Program-made: the position numbers and the translations under genes
NCBI GenBank assembly: GCA_951406725.2
Contig: OX597814.1
Coordinates: 66,278,001-66,342,000, forward strand
DNA from: Octopus vulgaris
Taxonomy: Eukaryota
Reading direction: 5' to 3'
Length of the DNA stretch: 64,000 bases
In this document: positions 14,401-26,584 of the stretch, piece by piece
Numbering within the stretch: position 1 is the first letter of the stretch
How the letters are laid out: every line of letters starts with the position of its first letter
Notes under the pieces: generated by a model
What the model saw: the letters and a program-made list of their open reading frames with translations, nothing else
Told to the model about the DNA's origin: nothing
Database searches by the model: none

Positions 14401-14866
14401 TTGAGCCAACACAATCTGTGTGTGCTGCACATATTGTATTAGAGTCTCCTAACACTACTAGTGAATGCGACGTGGCTAGGAACTTTCCTAGGCCACGAAA
14501 ATATTCAGTTTGCGGGCCAATAATGTTTGGTGCGTAAATAGCGACCAGCCTGATTGTCTTGCCACAACTGAATGTCAAGTCGAGAACGACCAGCCTGCCT
14601 TCTGGGTCAGAAAAAACCAACTTTTTCTCGGCTACCCGGTTTCTTTTTAGTAGGACCAACATTCCACCCCCACCTCCTGCCCGACTCGGAGAAACGTATT
14701 TCTCGTAGCCGTTCAGGAGGGGGAGCAGATCTCTTGGCCCCTTCACCCGGGTTTCCGTTGCAACAATTACATCCAAATTTCTCGACCTGATGTCATTCAG
14801 AAAGCATCCTTGCTTCCAGCTTGACAACAGGCCATGAACATTTAAACAACCAATGTGAATAGCCAT
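11467..14866 (-). pseudogene. Tx1-type ORF2 (APE endonuclease + reverse transcriptase + C-terminal Zn motif), two visible lesions
   Basis: GCLNVHGL, ATETR, SDH, GYWKLN, PGLDGLP, RPITLLN, LDQSKAFDRV, RQGCPLSP, AFADD, CPRC…H…C; in-frame TGA at 14291-14293; 10-bp tandem duplication (cataagccca, 11775-11794). Confidence 0.93.
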
Positions 14867-16396
14867 CACTTACCCTCCACCTTTTTTTGATCCAGGGTCG
14901 GAGGTGGACGGTCTTGGGAAATAGATTTGTCAAAATCCCGTCTCACCACCGACACAGAGTTATCAGGTGGAGGGGGAATCTCCACCTTTTCCTTTTCTCG
15001 CGGGATCGAAGCTGGTAATCCCTGAAATATCGACTTGTTAAAATATAATCTCAATGAAGATACAGTCTTTCTGTACTTATTTTGTAGAATTCTATAAGTC
15101 TTATTTGAGACTTCATATATGTCGTAATTGATAAATTCCTCTGAAAGGTTATCAATTTTTTTACAGTCTTTATGAGTTGAATGTCTCTCATGAGCTCAGT
15201 ATCTTTAGTGTACACAGCTATTATGCCTTTTTCTTCTTTTTCTCTTCTGGCAGTCTTTTTTGGTCGTTGTTCTGTAGTAGTCGCCACTCTCGGTTGGGTT
15301 GCTGGTTGTATTTTTCTTTTGTTTGTTGTTTTTTCCTCATCTGTTTCTTCTTTATCTTCTTCCTCTTTGTCTTTTTTCTCCTCTTCCTCCTCTTCATTTT
15401 CCTTGCAGTTCCTTCGAATGTGGCCTAACTGACCACATAAAAAACATCGAGGTTTTCGGCCCTCAACAAACACCACGAGGTTCTCCTCCCCTACCTCAAT
15501 TGTCTCAGGAATTGTTTGAATTATTTTAGGGTCCGCTTGAATGAGAAGATTAATTGTTTGACCATCCCAGCGTGGGTTTTCCGTAGCGGTAGCCTGGAGG
15601 AGAGTAATTTTTTCTACCTCTTTGATTAGGACTGCCGCCAACAACCACATAGGTTCGACCTCTGGCGGGACCCTTGTAATTTTTATTCGCGACGTCCTCA
15701 TCCCCATATAATAGGGAATTAACTCCACGTCGTTTGTTTTCAGCGTTTCAACTGAGTTCTTGTGTGCTATTTCTTTATTGGTGAACCTTACTTCCACCGT
15801 TCCGAATTTTTTCCTCTTCTCAGAAATACTACGTCGCCCAATATTGGCTTTAAGCACTTTTCTATTTTCTCTTCTGACATTCTTTCAATTTTTCTTTTTT
15901 GTAGACAATATATTTTGAAAATTATTGTTTTTTGCTTTTCTTCCTGTAATAACTTTTGCGGAGGTTCAATTTTCACACCGTTGTCAGTTATTTCCATCAT
16001 TTTGCTGTATTTCATAATTTCGCTTTTATTCGTCGACAGTATCTGGGTTCCACCCCCAGCAGCCAACGCAAAACTTTTTTTTCCATTTTTTGGTTCTATC
16101 TGGATGCTAGGCACATCAATTATTCTCTTCGACACAATGCCTTTGTTCTCTGGCAAAGTCGGAAACTCTTCTGGTGAAAGTTCTGACGAGCTCTCAGACA
16201 CATCTCCAAAAATATCAAATATATTATCCTCTCTGCTATTCCTTCTTGTAGCGGGGGAAACCCCTATTTCCTTGTCTGTATTTGGCTCCTCGCCGGACAT
16301 GTATTTCCTCCTCTCAACAGGAGAAACAAGTATTTCTGCTCCAACGGTAGGCTCCATGCTAGACGACATTCTTCCCCCCAAAGGGGGAATGAACAA
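14866..16396 (-). pseudogene. Tx1-type ORF1 (Gag-like, CCHC knuckle), frameshifted
   Basis: FGTVEVRF, RIKITRVPPE, CFLCGQLGHIRRNC, K/E-rich linker; three frames (15788-16396, 15051-15857, 14866-15054). Confidence 0.88.
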
Positions 16397-16536
16397 TGCG
16401 TGCTACCACAAGCACTAAGTGTTTTCAATTGAAAACTCCAACAGTTAAGTTATTCAACAGTTTACCAAGAAACAACAGTTGTTAACAATATTAACACCAC
16501 GAAACAGCAATTCTTACTTCACGAACACATGTGCGA

Positions 16537-16600
16537 CAGACGAAATACGGCTACGCATTTCGCACCATGTTCTAACGTTTCTGCCAGCTCGCCGCCTTAA
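16537..16600 (-). mobile_element. SINE family A 5' head (other half of the interrupted SINE)
   Basis: Minus strand taaggcggcgagctggcagaaacgttag…gtatttcgtctg. Confidence 0.85.
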
Positions 16601-16666
16601 TAATAATAATAATAATGATGATGATGATGATAATAATAATAATAATAATAATCCTTTCTACTATAG

Positions 16667-17316
16667 CAGTGGTTCCCAACATGTGGTACGCGAGCACTTT
16701 CGGCGTAACATGCGATTTTTAGTTTGGGCTGTTTTCAATATGAATTTGCCCAAGAAATCGTCCGTCACTTCTCACTGCACAAGACTGAGTTGATATCTTA
16801 CTTCCCGGACGTGACATGTTGCGCCAAATCATTCTCTGTTGAACCAGCCGAACTGCCTGTCGGGGCCAGGGAACAAGATGGACTGACAAATATCCAGGCT
16901 CACGAAACAGCAAAGACGAAGCACAAAGAATGCTCTCCTATAAACTTCTGGCTAAGCATAGCTTTCTCGTATCCGACGCTAGCCCGTCAAGCTGTTCCCC
17001 AGCAACTGATTTTTCCCTCTACGTGGGAGTGTGAGCAGGGGTTCTCAGATTTACTGGCCACCAAGTCGGAACCGTCTTGCTGCGCCCGGCCATGATTTCC
17101 GATGCGCCGTAAGCAAGGTTATGCCTTGATTTGACCAGCTAGTGGAGAAGAAACAGATTCAGCTCTCGCATTAAACTGAGTTGTGTTCTTTATTGTTAGT
17201 TCATTTGTGTTTTCTACTTGTGATTAAATTGATATCTGATCGAACTGAGTTTTTCTAGAACCAGGTGTACGGAACCTCCACGAAGTACACGATCACAAAA
17301 AGGTTGGGAACCATTG
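16667..17316 (+). mobile_element. Internally deleted hAT element (650 bp) inserted into a SINE A tail
   Basis: TIRs cagtggttcccaac/gttgggaaccattg; 8-bp TSD tactatag (16659-16666, 17317-17324); hAT C-terminal dimerisation motif FW…YPTLARQA…FPSTWECEQGFS. Confidence 0.92.
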
Positions 17317-17756
17317 TACTATAGGCACAAAGCATGACATTTGGGTGGGGGAGATATTCGATTATATCGGCCCCAGTACTCAGCTGGTACTTAGTTTATC
17401 GAACCCGAAAGGATGAAAGACAAAGTCGACCTCGACAGAATTTGAACTCAGAACGTAGTGACGGACTAAATACCGCTATGCTTTTTTCCCGGCGTGCTAT
17501 TATTATTATTATTTTATTTATTTTTTATTATTATTATTATTGTTGTTGTTGTTGTTGTTATTGTTTCAAATTTTGCCACAAGGACAGCAATTTTGGGAAA
17601 GGGGATGAGTCGATTACATCGATACTAGTGTTTAACTGGTACTTATTTTATCGACCCCGAAGGGATGAAAGGTAAAGTCGAACTCAGAAAGTAGCGACGG
17701 GCGAAATACCGCTAAGCATTTCGTCCAGCGCGCAAATGATTCTGCAGCTCGCCGCA
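17317..17756 (-). mobile_element. Two degenerate SINE family A copies
   Basis: Core motif at ~17390-17460 and ~17635-17690; head gcggcgagctg near 17750. Confidence 0.75.
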
Positions 17757-17775
17757 AATAATAATAATAATGATG

Positions 17776-17839
<64 letters not shown>

Positions 17840-17880
17840 TGATAATAATAATAATGATGATGATAATAATAATAATAATG

Positions 17881-17929
<49 letters not shown>
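17757..17929. repeat. (TAA)n/(TGA)n trinucleotide repeat
   Basis: Read directly. Confidence 0.95.
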
Positions 17930-17930
<1 letters not shown>

Positions 17931-19658
17931 GGCCACTTTCCAGAAAGGGAAACTGAAGACCTCACATTCAGTGGTGTTGGATGTTGACACAGTCATAAAA
18001 GAACTCGAGCAGGAACAAACTTACAAGTACCTCGAAATAAATTAGTGTTATGGCATTCAACATGCAAGTATGTAAAAGAAGATTAGGTAGGAGTGTTACA
18101 GGAGAGTTCGAGCAGTCCTAAAATCCAAGTTAAATGCATGTAACAAGATGTTAGCTATAAATTCCTCAGCAGTTTCGGTTATTTAGTTTCAGTATGTTGA
18201 ACTAGAATATGCGCGAAATAAGGAAAATTGGCAGGAAAATCCGTAAGCTGCTGATTTGCAATAAGATGCACCACCCAAAGGCAGACGCAGATCGTCTTTA
18301 CCTACCCGAACTCAAGGAGGTCGAGGCTTGATCCAATGTGAAATTTCCTACAAAACCACAATTTGACTAGCAAAATATCTTGAAACATCTAACGACTGGA
18401 TACTAAAGCTCGTTGAAAACCATGAAAGACATAAGAAGCTACATTCTGTTATGAAGGAGAGCAAAAAATTTTCAGGTGAGTTAATGCATAATACCCAGGC
18501 TGAACAGTAGAGGGAGGTGCAGCAAATGTAGTTGCAAAGAAGATGAAATCAATAGCAAATCAAAATGCGCTTGAACAGTTGGCTGATAGTTGGGAACAAA
18601 AATCTCTGCATGGCAAATATGTGGCCTGTAGCAAACAAGCTAATGTAGACCAGAAGCACACACATCAGTGGCTACGGAGCTCAATGCTAAAGGCAGAGAG
18701 TGGAGGCTTTATCTTGGCTGCCCAAGATCAGAGCTTATTGACCCAGAACTATCAAGTCAATGTGATGAAAAATGCTGTATACCCAAAGTGCCGATACTGC
18801 AACGATAGGATAGAAACAGTCGATCACTTAATCTCTGGATGTAAGGTTTTAGCACCCGTAGAGTACAAATCAATACATGATAGAGTTGACTAATATATAC
18901 AATGGATAAGGCGGCGAGCTGGCAGAAACATTAACACGCCGGGCGAAATGCTTAGCGGTATTTCGTCTGCTGCTACGTTCTGAGTTCAAATTCCGCCGAG
19001 GTCGACTTTGCCTTTCATCCTTTCAAGGTCGATTAAATAAGTACAAGTTACGCACTGGGGTCGATATAATCGACTCAATCCGTTTGTCTGTCCTTGTTTG
19101 TCCTGACTGTGTTTAGCTACTTGTGGGTGTTAAAAAAATTAGAGCAAATAAACCAGATATTGTTGTGAAAGACAAAAGCATACCCTGTGACCATAACATC
19201 TCGGCAAAAGAATTTGATAAGTTCAAATCTACTAAAGATCTGCTAATCGAAATCGAAAAGATGTGGCATCTCAAGACGGTTACAATACCAGTGATTGCAG
19301 GAGCACTTGGAATTATCAAAAAAAGGAACTGAAAATTATTTAACAATCATCTCTGATTTACCATTCATGCAGGAAGTGCAAAAGTTTGTCTTAACTGGTA
19401 CGTCACACGTACTGAGAAGAGCATTGTCGCTGTGAATTTTCTTTTCTTTTTCCCCTTTATTTTATGTTTACTTTTCTATTTTTAATTTTTCTGTTTCTCT
19501 CTGTCTTCCCCTTTACTCTATCGCCTGACTCTATAAATGAACAATCTGGTGTGTTCGTTTTCATGGGTGATAATGTATACAGTTCGTTTCTCTGCCCTAG
19601 GTGTCAGGAAGACACTCGGCAAGAAATAGAAACAGAATCGAAAGAAGATGCTAAGGAA

Positions 19659-19660
<2 letters not shown>
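17930..19660 (+). mobile_element. 5'-truncated R4/Dong-like LINE (restriction-like endonuclease), degenerate, between (TAA)n tracts
   Basis: TYKYL, DRLYLP…GGRGL, FILAAQDQ, CRYC…ETVDHLISGC…HDRV, NKPDIVV…EIEKMW…PVIAGALG; TAA arrays on both sides. Confidence 0.85.
18908..19130 (+). mobile_element. SINE family A (Tx1-type tail) inserted into the R4/Dong-like LINE
   Basis: aaggcggcgagctggcagaa…gagttcaaattcc (B-box-like)…core…ttaatc/tcaatccgtttgtctgtcc tail. Confidence 0.88.
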
Positions 19661-19709
<49 letters not shown>

Positions 19710-19789
19710 TGATGAATAATTGTGCGTAAATTTGAATCTTTTATTATTATTATCATTATTATTACTATTATTATTATTATTATTATTAT

Positions 19790-20345
19790 TGAGTGAGAGA
19801 GTAGTGCCTGCCATCAAAGTGGCACTGGAGTAAAATATACGAAACCCAGTATACCCATCATGACTAACCATCTGATAAGGGTACACCAGGCACATGCATC
19901 ACAACCATATGTGAGCGACACGGTGATCTCATATCAAGATAAACAGCACATGACCTTTCAGGTGAAGCCTAGTTAGAATTTTCTTCAAGTCGAGCCCATC
20001 CACAAGTAGCTCAAAAGGTGCCGGAATAAGGGTTGTTTGAGGATGTTAAACGAAACACCCACATTTCCAAAGGTGAATTATCCAAACTCCAAAGATTTCC
20101 TCTCTACACATGGCTGTGATGTTCCCCTTCTGCTCGTGATCAAAGATGCACATATCGTCAGCTACTAAGGGACATGCTCAATTGGTTATGGTCAAACAAC
20201 TGACAAGCAAATCTGTGGTATTGAGCAGAACATTTGCTGTAGCCCATCTTTTATACAAAGACAAAACGATGTACATGATAACACTGCCAATCAGTTAAGA
20301 TAAAAGCCATGAGAGCCACTGCCTAGTACTGCATTAAAGCATTAT
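19790..20345. repeat. ~550-bp non-coding interspersed repeat abutting (TTA)n
   Basis: Sharp composition change at a TTA tract; no ORF; only one copy in the window, so repeat status is inferred. Confidence 0.4.
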
Positions 20346-20669
20346 TTTTTTCTTAAATTTTGGAGCAATTTTAGAGGAGGAGGGGAAAGTTGATTATATC
20401 GAACGGGTGAAATTTGAACTTAGAATGTAGAGACGAACGAAATGCCGCTAAGCATTTTGCTCGGCGTGCTAACGATTCTGTCAGCTCGCCGCCTTATATA
20501 TAGTGGTAGTAATATTGTCAGTTGGAAATTCAATCACATTCATTTATTTGTTTCTGTTGGAGCAAAAACAATGAAGTTAAACTTGACCATATTTGAACGC
20601 AAAACCTAGAGAAAAATTTAAAACTAAATACTGCAGAGCATTTAATGACAGTCATTTCTCTGAGTAAAT

Positions 20670-20926
20670 CAGTGGTTTTCAACCATTCTTTGGCTGTGGA
20701 CCCCTTTGATTCCTATTTAACTCCAATAGGAGCCTTATAACCATCAGAAGTTTTTAAAAAACCTATTATATTTCTATAACTAAAATATTATTAGGAATTG
20801 CCTTTAAAAATTGTTTAAATGTTTTGTGTATTGTAGAAGCATAGCCAATTTAGTGCACATAATTTTTAACAACAAAATCTTATAAGGAACCCCAAAGGTC
20901 ATGTGGATCCCAGTTGAGAACCACTG
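20670..20926 (+). mobile_element. hAT-type MITE
   Basis: TIRs cagtggttttcaac/gttgagaaccactg; imperfect 8-bp TSD gagtaaat/gtctaaat; inverted second copy at ~58715-58986. Confidence 0.8.
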
Positions 20927-21194
20927 GTCTAAATACTTTAAATATTATCTGATTTCCATGGCAACAATGTAATATGCGATTTATCTCTGTTATCCTGCAC
21001 GATGTACTTATACTTCTTACAGAAGCAGTTTGCACGGACATGCTTCGCACGAGCATATTTCCACGGATTCTCAGCTCGGCATTATAATTTACTTTTTACG
21101 ATAAAAAAAATTCTTAACTTGCTCGTGTTCAGGATTTGTACGCGCTTTTATTTAAGACAAATGGAAACCAGATTCCTTTCTAAGCCATTTAGGT

Positions 21195-23137
21195 TACTGG
21201 ATGCTGTCAGTGTCAAGACGTTATTTTTTGTGAGAAAGAGTGTGAAAAATTGTAGAGAAAGACATAATAAGATCGAATCGCGCGAGGCGCTTGCCGCTAC
21301 TTGTCGTTACTTTTTTTTAGAAAGAACGTCGACCCTCCGTCATGGAGACATATGCGAGGGTTACCGCAACGAGAAATGGCGCGTCGCTTGTGAAAAGAAA
21401 TGTAACGTTTAAGACGGAAGAAATGAAGAAATATGAAAAATACGTAAAAAGGGAGGGTGAAAGCGTCAAGCTGATCCCTCCAGCAGAAACAACGAAGGAG
21501 AGGAACAACAAAACGATTACATACAGGATACAGGATAGAAACTCGAGGAAATTAACACGAATATCGGTAGAAGATATAGAAAAGTGTCTTGGAGAGATAA
21601 TGGATAAAGCGACATACGTAAGTAGAGGGAAGAAGTATGGTACGGTAGAAGTGAGGTTTGCCACAAGTGAAGAGGCGGCCTCGCTATCTTCCGCTGTCCT
21701 AAGAGCGGAAGATTTCACAATGCTACCAACATACAAAGGAAGACGAGGCAAAAGGATTAAGATCCCAAACATACCGCCGGAGATAAAAACGGAATGGCTG
21801 GTGACAGCCATTCTAGGGTCGGCTGAAGACGAACCAGAACTGGGGTCTATTACAGAAACCAATATTGTGAACTGGAAGGAATTCAGTGTCGAGTTGCGGC
21901 TGATGGCCACAATAGAAGATATTGAACGAGTTCCCTTTCAAATAGAAGAGGAAAACGGATCAACAATTAGCGTAATTGTAGAAAGAAGACCGAATTGTTA
22001 CTTGTGTGGAGCGAGAGGCCATATAAAGGCGAGTGCCCATTATATGAATTTACAGTGGAGAAAGAAATAGCAGAAAAGGAGCAAAATAAGACACAGAGTG
22101 GAGAGACAACAGAAGAGGAACAGAGAGAGAGGGGGGAAAAAAGAGCAGGAGAAAGGGAAAAACAGCGCACTAAAGGAGAAAGAAGACAAGGAAAAAGAAA
22201 CAACAGAAAGGCGAAAAGAGAAAGGAAAAGGCAGTACGCTGAAGGAAAAAGAAACAACAGAAAAGGAACAAAAGATACAAGGTAGAGAAACAATAGAAAA
22301 AGAACTAAAGAGAGAACAGAGACAAGAGAAAGGAAAAGGCAGTACACTGAAGGAAAAAGAAAACAAGGAAAAAGGAACAACAGAAAAAGAACAAAAGACA
22401 CAAGGTAGAGAGACAACAGATAAAGAACTAAAAATACAAGAGAAAGAGAAAATCAGCACACTGAAAGAAAAAGAAAATAAGGAAGGCAAGAAGAGAGAAA
22501 GAGATAAACCAAGGGAGGAGAACAAAGAAGCAACCAGTCCTAAAAGGAAGACAAGAGAAATTACAGGATGGAACTGGCATTACAGATTCTATGGAGCATT
22601 TGTAATACACAGGACCTGCCCTGAAATGATCGAAATAATAAAGAGAACAAAAGGACATTCATGGGTTAGGATGGGAACCGAGTTTGAAAAAGATGAAACG
22701 GGTGCTCTAATCCATGAGGACAGTGTCGATGGGTTTATCGAGGCCGCCGGAGAGAACGTGATAGACCACTGGATGTGCCGATTGGTAGAGCGTCCAGATC
22801 ACGTGGATCATTACGATCACCTGATGCACAAAATAGAACTTATCTAAAAGTGTTAAAAAAGAAGGACTCTGTTAGCGAAATGTATTTCGAGATTCTGTGG
22901 AATTTTTGTATTGTAAGATTTTGTGGATTCAGTAGTAATTTTTGGAAAAACCATTGGACGAAATGTAACCACCCGATTTCGGGAATCGAGTGGGCATTGC
23001 ACCGCATTGTAATATCTTTTCATGACTCATTATTTTTTAAAATTTTCTTCGTCTTATTTCATCCGCTTTTATTATTTTTAAGTTCCCCGATTCTATCGTC
23101 CCCATCTATGTTCAGTCCTTTATGGACAATAAAGAAA
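21195..23137 (+). mobile_element. ORF1-only non-autonomous Tx1-related retroelement (HAL1-like, ~1.95 kb) with TSD
   Basis: TSD ttctaagccatttaggt at 21178-21194 and 23138-23154; single ORF1; 3' end cccatctatgttcagtcctttatggacaataaagaaat matches the LINE 3' ends; no ORF2 remnant recognised. Confidence 0.88.
21342..22847 (+). pseudogene. ORF1 (Gag-like, CCHC knuckle, K/E tandem repeats, ~90-aa C-terminal region); two 1-nt frameshifts in homopolymers
   Basis: GKKYGTVEVRF, RIKIPNIPPE, CYLCGARGHIK/GEC; shifts at ~22025 (aaa) and ~22135 (ggggggaaaaaa). Confidence 0.82.
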
Positions 23138-26100
23138 TTCTAAGCCATTTAGGTCACTAATTTCACTTGAGTAAAACAGACATCACTCTTTCCTAATTAA
23201 TACACTCTACCGTAAAACCGCAGGTTTTTAGCACGTAATCAAAAAGAGAAAAAAGTTGTAGAGTGTGACTAATGTAAGAATTAACTACCTCAAGCAAATG
23301 CAGTGACCCACGTCGAATATCCCCTTTATTCTTGCTCTTCGTGGTTAACAGGAATTGCTCCACAAGTGTTTTTGAGAGCGATTAATTGTCGGAAAAATTA
23401 CAAACTAAATACATAACTTTAATTTATTTCGTAATTCTACAGTCTGTGTTCAATTTCTACCAAAGCGGTATTTATCATTTGGAAGTATTTATCATTGAAT
23501 AATACAAAGAACAGATTCTTCTGTCCATAGACAAAGATAACTTTCTGCCTAAGCAATGTTCTATTGTTTTCAATACCGCAACCATAGATAAATTATTTTA
23601 ATTAAAAAATATATTTATCTCTTTCTTGAATTATTTTTTTATTCACTAAATATTTTATTGCAATACATACATACTTTTTTTTTGTAATATTGCTGAAGAA
23701 ACGGAAATTTGACACCTGTTTTTCTTTTCAAAATTCAGCGGTAAATTATCACGTGACTTAAATTGGGTTGTACTTTCATAAATACTACATTTGTCAGTAA
23801 TGATTGTATTTCTAGACTTCAATGTCACTGCTTTATATATATAACCGCAATTAATATCTAGAACCTTCAATAGTCGAAAGGAAATTGATTTTACTTCGAT
23901 GGATATTGATGATATTGTATGCGAGTTTGAAATTGGTTTCGATCAAGTGGTAGGTGTTGTCTTTTGCTCTTAACTATGTAACGACCGTATAGAAAAAAAA
24001 ATTGTGTCGAATGGGCTAGTAATTTCATTTCAGTTTCCACTTATTCACCTTTTATTCATTGTTTTATAGCCTTCCATGAATACATCTCTTTTAGGTGTAA
24101 TTTGCTAAATTTAAAACTTAAATACCATGTCCTGTATTATAGTTTTTAAAGTATGCTTCAGAAAATCAAAGGTTTATTAAACTACCCGTAAAATTCAAGT
24201 TTGCTTTCAACAATTCTCTTATATTTACTTTTATGAGTACATTATATATGCAAACCATTTTTTTTTCTTATGTCTTGCTATATTGCCATGTATTGAAAGA
24301 CAGGAATGGTTTTGGGTGTTCTTTTAATCTTATAAATTGTAGTACTTTTGGCATTTTGTATTAAAATGTATTAATGATATTTTGTAAGGTTATCTTCTCA
24401 CGCTAACAGCCAGTCTTCAACGAATGGAGCCTTAACTGCATAAGCGTATACCCCACATCTTTGTTTCCCTATGACTTCCTTTAAAATGCTATTGTTCCGT
24501 AAAATTTTCCGGAGATATATTCAAATTTATCTTCATAAAATTTAAAAACCTTAATCGTAGTGCATCCCATAGAAAACGTATCTATGGAAAATTTCTTTTA
24601 AAAAGTGTTTAAGAAATACATGAGGAAACAAGGTATGCAGGGCACACTTTTTAGTTACGCTGAATTTGAAATATACGTGTAGCAGTTTTACTTAAGTTTT
24701 TACAATAATGATGTAGAGTTAAAGGTGGGCTCCAAGGAAGAAGGTAAAGCGAAGCATTTTCAATTCCCGATTAAATGTTTACCACTTAGCGGCATTTAGG
24801 GGGCAGGAGAATGGATGTCACACTTCTGAATTTCGAAACCTACCCAGTGTTCTATATCAAATCTGCTATCTTTGCTGTCACGTTTTCTTTTTTTTTTTCC
24901 CCCCTTTTTGTTCCACTTGTTTTCAAATCGAGAGTACTGATAAAGTTTTCTATACTAATTCTGAAGATGAAATTCATTTTTACCATAAATGAATGAATAA
25001 AAAGTCAATGGCTTTTAAAGTTTGCAAATTTTGGGTAATTTTAGTCGAAAGCTACGGGCACATTGATGCCGGTTTCCATTGTAACAAGCAAGCTGTTTAC
25101 TATAAGCACCTAAAGCGCTAAAAACTACCACCACGTGTATTTTTTTTGCCTGCGTATTTTCTTTGACGAGTGACTATTTTCTGAACTTCCGTTTTTGAAT
25201 TGTCGTTACAAAAAATGTACTTTGTTTACAAGAACTGAACTATTACTACACTATAATATAGTTTCTTTTTTCTGTAATTTTTCTTTTTTAAATAATTTAC
25301 TTGCCTATTCAATCGTTTGAACCCTTACCCTACACCCTAACTTTAACCTTAAACACTAACGTACATTTTTTTTGTAATTTTTCGCAAAATTTCGTTTTTT
25401 CCTTTTGGAATTATTTACATATCTGTTCGATCTTTTCACATTATTTCAGTCCTTAAAACTTCAACTTTTGTCGTTGTAATGTTTTGCTTTTATTTTATTA
25501 AATAAAAATTCATCGTTGTAATGTTTTTGATTTCATTCTGTAATAAATAGGCAGCTATCACGTAGAAAATACCAGATTCCAAATTCTTTCTTTTTTTTTT
25601 TTTTTTTTTTTTTTGCTGGAGTAAAAATGATCAAACTTTAAATCTCTAACGTTTTCCTAAAATTTTTCTGGAATAAGTGTATAACAATCAGATTCAATGT
25701 GAAAAATTATGCTAATATTTGAAATTTGAAAATTTTCACTTTATTTTAAAATTTCAAAACTTGTGATAGCTACAGATAATAAACCTGATTGAACAAACCT
25801 ATGATCAAAAGCATTCCACCCATGCCCACTCCAGTTGGTACTTAACACAAAAAGCGCGACGGGCCACAATCGCGGCCGTCAGGTACAGGTTGACAGGCTA
25901 CGATCGAGGCCTAGATAGATGCATTTACTTTATGGGCATTTGTTGGAGTCTAATGTCGCTCAAACGCTCCGATACTCCACCACCCACCCACCCCCAGAAT
26001 GCAAGAGGGCTAATAGTTCAACTAATGACTTCAGATGATGTAAAACTTGCCACCATTATATACAAAGAAGATATTTTAACTTTGATAAACGTCAAACTTT

Positions 26101-26584
26101 TAGGAGTGTTGTTACATCAATAATTCCGTTTCTATTATAGAGTGAAACACATTGTCTACCTTTTTCTTTTTTTCTCGGTGTTGGGGTTCTCCGCAGAAGT
26201 ATTACCCATTTGTAATCATTAGCCGTCATAAGCGGTTTGTGTTCCTTATATTAAGCAACACTTTCTACTGGTACTTATTTACAGCCAGATTTGTATCATT
26301 CAGTGTAATTTGCTGGGACGCACTACGAATTTTCACATGTCACAGAGGGCAAAAAGGAGGGGTCCTCAAACTTGATATCTGATAAAAAAAATTCGCAACA
26401 GAATGGACGGTGTAGTTTAGTTAAACTGGGTGATAAATCTACCATGCAAGTAGACTATGGCCGAATTTGAAATCAGCATAACAAATACCGCAAAGCAACC
26501 TGTCAAATGTTCTTACACTTCTCACCAATCCACCAACATGGTTTTTTATCAACTCCGACAGAATGAAAAGCAAGGTGAACTCCA

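Larger units (their letters stand above)
11219..16536 (-). mobile_element. Full-length Tx1/L1-clade LINE (~5.3 kb) with 13-bp TSD
   Basis: TSD cagacgaaatacg at 11206-11218 and 16537-16549; ORF1 + ORF2 (APE endonuclease, RT, Cys/His C-terminus); 3' end …gggcaataaagaaatt. Confidence 0.95.

Noticed and set aside
17684-18045. Poly-N/I/L ORFs
   Set aside because: (TAA)n repeat
22200-22480. Spaced repeats superficially like a CRISPR array
   Set aside because: Degenerate K/E-coding tandem repeats inside ORF1; eukaryotic context, no unique spacers
25320-25362. Telomere-like ccctaa repeats
   Set aside because: Few, degenerate units; probably internal to a repeat element
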